A DNA stretch of 64,000 bases, taken from the NCBI GenBank assembly GCA_020137815.1, contig CM035352.1, forward strand, positions 8,804,001 through 8,868,000, in the 5' to 3' direction. Below, piece after piece: positions 49,001 to 61,000 of this stretch. Origin of the DNA: Hormiphora californensis. Taxonomy: Eukaryota > Animalia > Ctenophora. The notes below the pieces were generated by a model, which saw only the letters and a program-made list of their open reading frames with translations, had not been told where the DNA came from and searched no databases. The stretch's first letter is position 1. The number at the start of each line of letters is the position of its first letter. A program made the translations under genes and the position numbers.

Positions 49001-52000
49001 TCAATTAGAGAAAGCTAGCGGCAATTAGAAAGCTGATAGAGGGGGTAGAGAAAGCATGCGGTAATTGAAACTGAATCAAGGTACAGAAATATACAGTCCC
49101 CTGACAACCCGTCTGAACCATTACCTGCGGTGTTGATGGCGAGGCAGTGCTTGCCCACGGAGTGTATAGCAACCTTCTTGATGACGTATTGGCTCAGGGC
49201 GGTGATGGGTTGCGGTGCTGCCACATTGTTACTGTGACCCAGACCCAACCTACCTCTACTACCATATCCACACGCATACACCTGGGATGGAATAGTAGTG
49301 AGATGGTACCGGACCCAGTTTCACCCACACATACACCTGTACAGTGTACACACGTGATGAAGGGGTTTAGGGTTTAGGGTAGTGTCTGCTGTATTGTCTA
49401 CTGTAGTTTGAACACCGTGGCAAGTTCAAAAACAGTTTCAGCTTCCTTCCACTAAAAGTGGAACAAACCCGACACTATACCAGTGTTATAGAGGCTACAA
49501 CAAAACGAAGAGCTGTAGCCCCGCACCATTGTTTCCATGGTGACGAGACTATAAACACAGAGCTGCACTCACCTTCCCATCAGCAGTACACGCAAATAGA
49601 GTCTTACTACCACCAGCAACATAGGTTACACTCAACTCTGTGAGGACCTTGGACATGGCAGGTAGTTTCACCTTACTGCCCCGCAAACCTCCCAGTTGCT
49701 CCTTGTCGTTCAGACCCCACAGCCATACCTGAAGGGGGGGGGGGGAAGAGTGTGGTAGAGAGTGGGGTAGAGAGAGTGTGGTAGAGATCTTCAGCTAGAA
49801 GTAAAGTACTTTTGTCGCATCTACGATTCAAGACAACATATAATCCGTACCAATGACCCATAACGGGGGGCTAAATTTCTACTCTCCCAATGACTCACAT
49901 TTATCCCACTATCTGGATCGGGTGGGCCAGTATGGGGTGTGGTAGTGAGAACATCACTCTCTGCTAGAAGATGTTGTAGGCCCTTATCAGTATCATCCCC
50001 AGCTGTCCGTGGCCGGCAGACTATCCCAATGTTCCGTACCTTGACATCTGATCCGGGTCTCTTGCTCCTCACCACCAGCTCAATGTACCTACATTATAGG
50101 TTAAATTCATACTGTTGTTTGTAGTAGATCATTCGAAAACAACGGTAGTTATTTCCAAATGATATACTACCGATCATCACGACATCACTTCTTAACAATC
50201 GAGTCAGACCTTGATCTGACTTACCTGTGTTCCTCGGGTGTGTTTCTCAGCAGTGTCACACTGTACTCTGATCCTGACACCTGGACTACTGCCAGCTCTT
50301 TACTGATATCCCAAGAGGTAATACCACCAAACACTGCCACCGATCCCACGTGACAACTTGGGTCCTCTGGTACTAGCGCCTGGGGGTAGAATTAAATTTA
50401 ATAACTTTTAGCAAGAGACTGCCTCTCTCCAGAGTAACTGTATGTGGTAGTTGGGGTAGTTGAGACTGGGAGTATCACGCCACCGGTTGCGTGAGACTTG
50501 GAGTATCACGCCACCAGTTGCGTGAGACTGGGAGTATCACGCCACCGGTTGCGTGAGACTGGGAGTATCACGCCACCGGTTGTGTGAGACTGGGAGTATC
50601 ACGCCACCGGTTGTGTGAGACTGGGAGTATCACGCCACCCAACACCATTTCGTAACGGTACTTACCATGGTAAGCTTGGTGATTAGTAGTCCGGGTTGCA
50701 GTTCTATTTTAATCCAGTGTCTACTACCACTGCCAGTCCAGTATTGCTCACTCCCATCACTGAGGTGCTGGGCATGGGACTCTCTACTACTGACAGTCAT
50801 TCCCTGAACACACTTGGACCATTCGTACAGGAGACAGGAGGCTCGTCGTGTCTTCCCTCGGCCAGGCTTGCCTGATAGAAATTAGTTATGGAGAGAGGGA
50901 GGGAGGGAGAACCAAAGCAAAGTCCAAACCAAACGAGAGGGAGAGATATAGAAACCTGGGAGAGAGATACCTAGCTATCTCTTACCGACTGGCATGGGAA
51001 CAGATCCAGGTTCCTCCACCTTATTGAAGATGTGTGAATGGTTCCGGGTGGACCGGAAACAGGAACCACACAGATCAATTCCTGGACAGAGGGAGCAGGA
51101 GAAGAGATTCCCCTCTATGGGACACGCTGCACACTCCAGGCACACTCTACCAACGTGAACAGCGGGTACCTGTAAAGATGTGTTCAGTGCAGTGGTGTGA
51201 ACTATAATAGTTGTGAACATATTACGTCACTAGTTTGAGCCATTATGGGGGATGGTGTGAGAGAGCGTGTGTGAACTAGTGGTAAGTGGTGAACATATTA
51301 CGTGTCACTTTTGAGCAATAGAGGATGGTGGGACAAGAGCGAGTCAAATATGGTAATTGGGGGAGATGGCTGCCTATAATTGTGGGAGGGGGGGGGGAGG
51401 GAAGGGGGCTGGTATGCAGTAGCTGTACCTTTTCCATCTCGGATATGTGTCCAGTCCACTTTTTCTGCTCCGGAAAATCAACATACACATCCTGTTTGGT
51501 GGTGATGACTTCCAGCACTACCCCAATACTCTGGTGGGATACGGAGCCCCATTTGTACTTGGGGGTAGCCACTGAACTTCGGACACGAACTCTGCGGGAG
51601 AGAGAAGATATATGAGGGGGAATGTAGGAAGATACGGGGGCAAGGGGACGGGTAAGTGATTTGTATTTTGTGCCACAGACCCCCATTTTGAATCTCAGAT
51701 CGGGTCCGAAAAAGTATTTTAGACATACCTGTCCCCTTTTTTGATTGGTGTCTGTTCGTCGTGTCGTGATGTAGACCCCATCAGTTGAACATTCACATAT
51801 TTCACCCAATAGCTCCCCGATTTTCTGGTCCAATTCACCTGTGTGATTGTGCTTTAGATAATAGGAACCGACCGAAACAAGTAAACAACCAATCAGAACT
51901 CGTTATTTAGGTCACGTGACTGATTATCAGCCAATCAGGGACCAGTATTTCCTGATTCGCTCGGTTCCTGGTTTTGATAGTGTTAGATATCATAGATATA

Positions 52001-55000
52001 ATGTGGGGCAGCCCCAGTTGTGAATTTTAGGGCATATTATCTAACTACTCTGCATATTATCTAACTACTCTGTAGCATATTTACAGAGCTAAGTAGCTTG
52101 TATATTATCATATTACATATTGCAGTACAATAGCAAACAAACCGAGCACTCGTAATTTATGCATTTAAAATTGTACCCACGTACATATAATATCATATCA
52201 TTAAATTATACTCTCTGTCTTAGAACACTGATTCCGAATTGCTGTGAAACAAAACACACCTTACTATTATCTGACATAACCTAACAAAACTAAAACTATA
52301 CCTAACTCAAATTATAAAATATAAAGCCAACAGCGAACTAAACCCAATTAAACCTAACTAAACCCAAACTAAACTAATTTACCCTCATATTGAGATCGTG
52401 TAGCCCTTCATTTTCCACTTTCATGACTATCCCTGTGTCACCAAACGTAACATCCTCATATGCTGTAACACACTTCACCTAGTGTTTTAGTTGGCAGTTG
52501 TTATAGCAACCAACTCAGTTGTTATAGCAACCAACTCAGTTGTTATAGCAGCTAACTCAATTGTTATAGCAACCAACTCAGTTGTTATAGCAACCAACTC
52601 AGTTGTTATAGCAACCAAATCAGTTGTCATATCAACCGACTCAGTTGTTATAGCAACCATCTGTCTGGTGGGAGAGACAAGTAAAACCTACCTGCATTCC
52701 AACATCCACATGTTTCCTAACGTATTCAGCGTACATATCGGCAGTAGGGAAGGAACCTGGTCCTCTATAACTGTCATCTTCCAATTCTTCTGAAGATTAG
52801 AGTAAGATGTAAGATGCTTGATTTGTAGTAGTGATATTGGATTTGTAGCCCATTTGTAGTAGTGATATTGGATTTGTAGTAGGGATTGTGGGATGTAAGA
52901 AGGTGGGTGAATATGTTCTCAAAAAGCCAAATATGATAGACGTTTATTCGAGTTGAAAGGTTAAAATAACACTTTTACGTATTTTCTACTAAAGCTAATA
53001 TCATTGAGTCCACATAACATGAGTCTGCTGCAGAAATACCGTCGTAAATTATCCGAATCATTTGAAATCGGTGTCATGAACATTCATAGTTTTTGACCTA
53101 CAATTAATATGATCTCTTTCGAAGTGTTGGTAATTGAGATCCTGTAAAGTACTCGATCCGGGGTAGAGAGCCAAACTAGTTTTTCAAGTAAAACAAGGTT
53201 TTACTCAAAATGTCAGATATCAGAGGTTTTCATGAGGGTAATATCAGTAACACCACTCGACTTCTTCTCACGGATGCTTCTAACCATCTTCCTCAGCTCT
53301 CCTCTAATCTCCCCACCGAAGTAGATCCTCACCAGCGGGTTATATGCTGACGTCAGCACCGCGATGATGAAAGATCCCGTCATGTTGAGAGCGGGAAAGA
53401 TACCCGGATAGTAGATATATATCGTAACGAACACAATCCCCAGAGCGGATCCAGCAGACATGGCGAGTATTGCATGGGATGCCTTGTCGGAGTAGGTGTT
53501 GGTCGTAGATGAGAGGTTGGGTGTCACTCTTTTGAGGGTTACAACGGTGGCGACCGAGGCGACCAACGCCAGGAAGCTAGTTATGATGTTCAGATATAAC
53601 AGGAATTTAACAACTCCACTTTCGAAGATGGAACCACTGATCTGTGATGCTAATCCCTCGAAGACAGTAGTAGCCCGTTGGCACCAGGCATACCAAAAAC
53701 TGCGTGTCAGGTGGCCGGTACCCACCCACACAAAGACAAAGAACAAGCCAACAAATCCTGTATAGATGATGGCGATGATACCGGTAATCACGGAGAGGGA
53801 GGGCGGGGTCCGGAAAGGGGCGACGACACTGTAGAACCTCAGAGCTGCAAGTACCACTGTCAAGAAGTAAGATGTGTTAGATGACACCACGTAGATAAAC
53901 GTGGATATCTCCTCAATAAATGTGCTATTCCGGGCGAACTCAGGGGGGTTCAAATCAAAGGCGTGGTAAGCAATAACCAGGGGGTGGGAGATATTTGTGA
54001 GGAGATCTGAAACTGCAAGAGCCAGAAATACTGCCGTGCTAGCCTTGAGAGGACTTCGTCTGTAGAACCATATCAGGTAGGAATTCAGGGGGGTTGAGAT
54101 GGCCCAGCTGGCCAACATTATGAGTCCTAGGGTATAACTAGCGATATACTCCCAGGGCTGGGACTCCTGTTCCCTCAGGTAGTCCCCGGTAAAGACAGTT
54201 TTAGAGAGGAATTCTGTTTTTATACTGCAACCAGGGTATGCACCCTCTTGGAGGCATGACGCCCTGTACTGACCGAATAACATATACTAGCTCCTCAGTT
54301 ACAAAAGATTCTAGGAATCGACCGTGAGATTAATAACAGACAGGTGCAAATATGAATGATATACTAACTTCAGTAGCATGTAGCTGAACTACAGGTGTGT
54401 TTGGAGTGGGTAAGTTCCTCAGACGAAAAATGATCGAGGGCACGTGTACTCGTTGGTTGCTATGGTTACTAAGTGTGGTGTTGTCTATGACCGGTGTGTA
54501 TGATAATAGGGCGCCGATAAACAAACAGGACTGAGGACTGTGGCGTGAGAGAAAAAGAGAGAGAGAGAGATTAAGTGGGTACAGTCAAAACCCCTAATCA
54601 TCGAACAGATAAAATCCCCCCGAAATAGGATATTTCACCTCTAAATCGAATAGTACTGTATCGATCCCAATTCACACCACCTGGCCCAATTCACACCACC
54701 TGCACCCCTTGCCCTTGCCCCTTACCATCTGTATCCCATGCCCAATTCAGACCACCACTTACCATCTGTGAATTCTTCCTCTTCATCCGAACTACTATCA
54801 GTGAGAACCAGTGGTCCTGGCAAGGGTGGCGGGGGGTTCTCCAGTAACCAAGCCACCACCTGCTCAACACGAGGCTCAGCTATCCCAAGGGCTGGGGAGA
54901 AAATTAGTTACAGCTGTGGTAATACGCATAATGCATACAATATCGTTGGTTTTATCATAAGTGGGGGCAATGAACTGAAACACGATCATAAGAATTTAGC

Positions 55001-58000
55001 AAAATGTCTCTATGGCTCACGACCATAAAAGTTTAAGATTTAGTAAGCTTTTCTCTCTGGCTTACCAGTAATAGCGTACTGGATGTGATGCAAAACAAAT
55101 CCCATATCCAGAACCTGAGACACAATGGCAGTTGATGCCTTCATTGGGGGTGGTGTAACTGTCTTCGGTTTTTTGTTCTTCTTCCTTGACGGTGGTGGGT
55201 CAGGGTGCAGGAGATCCGAAATGAGGAGTTGGGAGAGTGACAAAGCGGCAATCTCCAACTCCTCCCCAGAAAACATGGCCTTTACAGGACTGGGCCTAGT
55301 TGCTGAGAAGATCAGTTGTCGAAGGAGCTGTGAGGCACCCGGTTTGTGCTCGTAGGATAGTGGTGACTGGAAGTTTTTGGGTAGAATTGTTGTGTCCGGG
55401 GGTGCGTTCACCATGATGGCACGGAGCCTGCTTTGGGAGCGGAATAGGACACGTGCGGCCCGTAGAACACCAAATGAAAGGACTTGTTTCCAGAGGAGGC
55501 CAGCCTCTACTCGGGGAGATGTGGGAGATTGTGGAGGGGGAACTGGAGAGAGGGCGGTGTTCTCACTGTGGGCTGAAAATAGGAGAAACAGATATTAGAA
55601 GTTAGAAATTGGTAGGATCGATAGTCGATAGTCGATTCACGGAAAGTAATAAAGTGAAAATAAAACGGTATAATGATTAATTTACTGAATATTCGGCAGA
55701 TCTAAACTACCTTCAACCCACCTTCAATATCCTCCCGTTCTGGTAGGGGTGTGTCCCCCAGACTGCGCCGTCTGGCATGCCTCTTGGTATGAGGGGAGGT
55801 AATAGCAGAACAACTAGACGTCCTCACATGACCTCCCGGACTTATCGGTGTTTCTGGATCTGCCTCTATGAGGGATGTTGGATTTTCAAGGTCTAAATAG
55901 CGCCAGTTAAATTGTTTGCGCTATTACACACGAAAAAAGTAGAACAAGGAAACCCCAAGTAAAGGTGAGGCAGGTGCATGAAGTACGTGAGATATCAGGC
56001 TAAATGCAGTACTAATTTGCAATACCTAATCTGCGGGATCCGCTCGCCAGGAGAATAATGGAAGCCCACACGGCCATGTCCCGCTCAGTCATTGGTAGTT
56101 TATCCACGTGCAATGTCTCCTCGTTCACCGCAGTGACGTCATTCAGTAAACATGCCTGGAGAAGAGGGGTTCAGTGGGGGGATGGGTCAGAGAATAGGGG
56201 GTCAGAGTCGAGAAGAGGGGGTCAGAGGGGGCATACAATACACATAGAGAAAAGGGGTCCAGCAGATATGCCTGGAGGGTTCAGACTTCAGTGGGGACAG
56301 GAACCAATTAGAATTGGAAATAAATAGAGGGATACATATTTTATTTACGATATGAGATATCTAATTTTCAAGATGAATGGTACCTTTTTGCTGCGATCAT
56401 GTAACTGTAGGCTGACCTTCCCAGACGGCTCAATCTTGGTAATGGTAGCTAGTCCCCACTTCTGGGTTTCAACTAGACATCCTAACCGGAGTCGCCCATC
56501 CACACCACCGATCATTGCTAGAACAGCGAGAAGAGGGCCCATAATACTGGGGCTACCAATCACGAACTCTCCCTCCTCCGCAAGAGGGATGAGGTTGGTA
56601 ATGGTTGACAGCCAGTTAGAGATGAACCTGAAATGATATTGGTGAATGGTGATGTAATCATTGCAAAGTTATTGGCAGTGATGTAATGATTGCAAGGTTA
56701 TTATCAGGGGGAACAACACTAATTATAACAGCCTAATTACTAACAACGGGGGGTGCGACATGTTAATTTTGTTAATTTTGTTAATATTAACATCGAGAAA
56801 ATAGGTGATTTATTAATAATAATAATAATAATAAAGGGTTTTTAGTATACCGCTCAGTCCAGACAGGGCTGGATCATTGACATGAGTCCAACACTGCCCA
56901 GATTCAGAGCGGTACACCAAGATTGTTAATATCCTGACTCACTTAGAACAAAATAGACACATCTACTGATTATATACTCCAAAAAATTGAAAAAAGCCTA
57001 AGGAAAAACGGGACACATAAACTTCTGGAAAACAACAAGATTAACAAAAAGTTAACAAACGTTAACAAATGCCATTTATGCCATCTAAATCACCTTTAGC
57101 GCGTGTTTTTGGTATTAAACAATTGTTCTGCGAGCAAAGTTGTTCCTTCTGCACGATTTGCACACCCCTACTACCTCTACTACGGCCTTTCTACAGCGAT
57201 TTGGTTCATTATGTAAATTTTAATAAAAACTAGTAAAACTAAACCGCAATTGAAGTCAATTGACCCTAATCCACATTTTTCAACCCTAAAAACTAAATAA
57301 GACTCATGAATTTACCTTGAAACAAAAAATATCCCAAAAATCAATTTTTCTAAAAAAACGCAAGGATTTGTAGCGAAGCAAATTTTCAATCTTTGACCAA
57401 AATATTGATTTTGGAAATATTTTGTTTCTTTTTCCAACAGAAACGTTGTACATCATCTTCTTTCGTCCAAAGAATCGATTATCAATGAAAAAAATTACGT
57501 TAAAGTGAGATTTTATACGCTAAATTGAAATATTTGTAACTTTTGGATTTTTATCGATTTTGAGCCAAAAAACCTGTATGTCGGACTTTGGTTATCGGAA
57601 GAGGCCTTGTTTGGGTATATTTGTGTTAGATAAGTCATTAAACTATAAAATTAAACCAGTTAAAGTAGTACTATCAACCAATAAGAACAGTCTTTTAGCA
57701 TTTGTTAACTTTGTTAATTTTGTTAATTAACGTTAATTAACAAAATCAAAAAAAGAGGTGATTTATTAACAATTAACATGTCGTCCCCCCCCTAACAACA
57801 CTAATTGTAACAGCCCAATATCACTAACCCATTGATGCTATGATTCCAGTCAGGTAGAGCATGTAGTTTCCTCAGTAAGGTGACCACTTCCTCTGCAACA
57901 GTGTTGACTGGTGGTGCTGTCAGGGAGGCAATGGCACGCCTCTTCCTCTGTCCCTGTCTGGTGGGGATACAATATTGTGAACTACTTCTCAGATAATATA

Positions 58001-61000
58001 GTTTTAGTGGTGCAACTCTTTGTGTTTATGGACAAACTGAGACAACCAACTGTGATTAAATTCATCTAAGTTTGTCCATAAACCAAGGAGTATTTCCCAG
58101 ATCTTACTTTGGTATATAGGTTTGTGTAATGAGAACGTTCCCCAGAATAGAGAATAACTTGTCAATAAGAGAGGGGATACAGCTCAGATCATATCCCTTG
58201 CCCCAAGTTGGTAGGAGGACACCCAGGAGACGAAGGGCCATCAGTTTGTGGAACACGTCACTTGGAGACCAACTGAAACAGTGTTAAATTATCGGAAAGT
58301 TAGACGAGTGAGATGTTTACAAGAAGTTAGGATCAAATAATAATTACAATCGCTAACTAATTAATTAATTAACGAATTAATTACTCTGTGGGATGGCTAC
58401 CAATCACAGTCAGAAGGAGATCGATCCATGTCTGCTGTGAGAACGCCTGACATATTCCGTTATTCACTGACAGTCCTGGGAACAGAGAGATGTTAAAAAG
58501 GTGGGCCTACATAAACATAAAGCTGAAACTTGCCTTGCTCTACCCTTTCTCAAAAGAAGGGATTAGAAAAAAACAGGAGTAGGGGAACCATCACGCAAAA
58601 GGGAAAGGACCCCTCATACCCCTCAAAGGACAGTGGGAAGGAATTACCAACCTCGTATAAATGGCAGACTGGCCAGACTTGCTTCCCTGGATCTCATCTG
58701 TCCCGACCAAATGGACAACTTGTGCCTCAGCAACGCTGATATGGGACCCACTCCAACATTATTCAGTGACCCAGATATTATAGTTATCATGGCGAGGTAG
58801 TGAGCTGATCTGGTTGTAACGGCGACCATGTTTAGAGCATCAATATCCCCCACCCAGGTGTCCCAGGTTTCTAGGTCGTGCTCTGGAACCTCCAGATACC
58901 CATCACTTTTGTCAACCGTTGGGACATCCGCTAACTTCAAATCGTACCTTAGCAGGAGGGGGGTCAGTTATAATATTACTTCTGTTATGGGTAGGGGGGC
59001 TATCACTTCTTTGTTATACATGGGCATGAGTTTTTGCCGATTGATAATAATAAAATCTAGTTTTCCCGATTAGTTCACCCAAAGATTACCTGTTTTCTTT
59101 TCCCATTCGGTAGCTGTTAGTTTGTCCAGAATCCCAGTGGACCCGTACCCATCCATCACTAGCCACCTCACTGATCACGCATCCCTCTCCCGGGGGTGTG
59201 CCATCTTGCTCTCCCCACTTCCAATCCGGACCACGGACTACCCTAACTCCGGGTTTTAGTAGCTTAGCAACCTCTGAACCTATATAGGTGAAGGAATTGT
59301 TAGAGCAACCTCTGAACCTGATACAGGTGAAGGAATTGTTAGGGCAACCTCTAAACCTATAGAGTTCAGAATTGTTAGAGCCAGAGCAAGTTTCCATTGT
59401 ATTGTGTTTCATGTGGTTTATTGTCGATTTATACTTTTTTTTCTATACTAACCAGTAAGAGGTGGAGGAGGGGAAGGTCTGGGTGGTGGTTTCACTTCCT
59501 CAACCTGAGCCAGTAGTACATTCTCTGAACTCTTGATACTGTAACCACCAAGTAGCCGGGATGCGGTTTGGGTGAGTGCCAAGACTCCGTTGTTAAGGAG
59601 GGTTGTTATGGAAACGGGACACTGACTTGAGGAGAGCATGAGGAGGGCGAGGTGTAGGAAATACCGATTGTAGGGACCCTCCTTGCCGCTCTGGGAATAA
59701 AGAGAAAATATAATCGTGTTACATTTTTTTAGCCAAAAATGCGTCTGAATTTCACAGTCAATATCAGACGGTGGCATTTCAAAATAATACTGTAGTAAAT
59801 TATGTGAGATACAAAGACAGCAAACAGAGTGGCTCCATACCTCTACTTCAAGTAGACAGTCCCGTAGTTTATTGATCGCCCAGCAATCCAACTTTTGGAC
59901 AGTGAGATCTAGTAGCAGCCTCTCATTAGCCGGAATCAACTGGACACTGTTCATATAGTTCAGAAGGGGCCCCGGGTAACTACCGCCCATCAGACCCAAC
60001 CATCCTTTGAGGACAAAGTATAGCACAGAGGGCTGGAGGTATTTCTGGTGGAGTAGAGAGAGAAGGAACTCGACTCCCTCCAATCGCTTCTGTGCCCTGA
60101 CCACCTGAAGTTGTGGGCATTTGAGAAAACAGAACGGTCCATACAATAATAGGGTCTAGTAACATATAATGGCAATGGAATGATATACATTTTACTACCA
60201 TGGTAACCCGGGTTACTATAGTTACCATAGTTACCATAGTTACCTGTCTTTGGAGAGCATATCGCAATCTCGATATTTCGATCTTGTAGTCAGACAACAA
60301 GAAGTCCATAATCCGCATTATCACATGCATCTCACTGGACATACTTCCCATCCTATCTCGTAGCCATCGGACGGATTGTGCAGATCGGAGTTTCCCTTTC
60401 ACTGGGGTACTCAGTTGAGGTGGCTCCGGAGATATTGTGGGACTTGTTCGATTGGGAAGTTGGGACACCCTGGGATGTGTGAGGTTTTCTGTGAGGTTTT
60501 CTGTAAGGTTTGTTTGTTTGTTTGTCTGTTTGTTTGTTTGTTTGTTTGTCTGTGCTTTCTGTTCTAAAAAATAGTTATCACCATCCCCAAAATCATGTTT
60601 CCCTACCCCATTCAATCTGCTGCAGTATACTGTCTCACATTAGAAGAGAGGCAAGGAAGTCAGTACTATTTGGAGTTGTTATGTTCTAACTCTCCTTTAT
60701 CTTCGCGGGGCACGGTTTAACTTACATTTCGCTTTGACGGTGCCTTTCTCTTAATCTGAGAGACGACCCTTTCGACTGCGCCTCGGAAACGACTCTTGTT
60801 GGTCAGAACGGAATCAGCACTCTCCTGACGACCCAGCGCTGGTCTAATCTCTCGGAGAAGGAAATTACATCTCTCAATCACCGGTTCACACACCTGAAGG
60901 GGATAGGAATATACATCATCACACAATTCTGATTCTGACTCACGACAATGTGACGACATAAATAAATTTTGAACGAACCTCTTCGTAAGTCAGCAGGAGT

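Noticed and set aside
50461-50640. 31-bp repeat resembling a CRISPR direct repeat
   Set aside because: No spacers; an ordinary intronic minisatellite.
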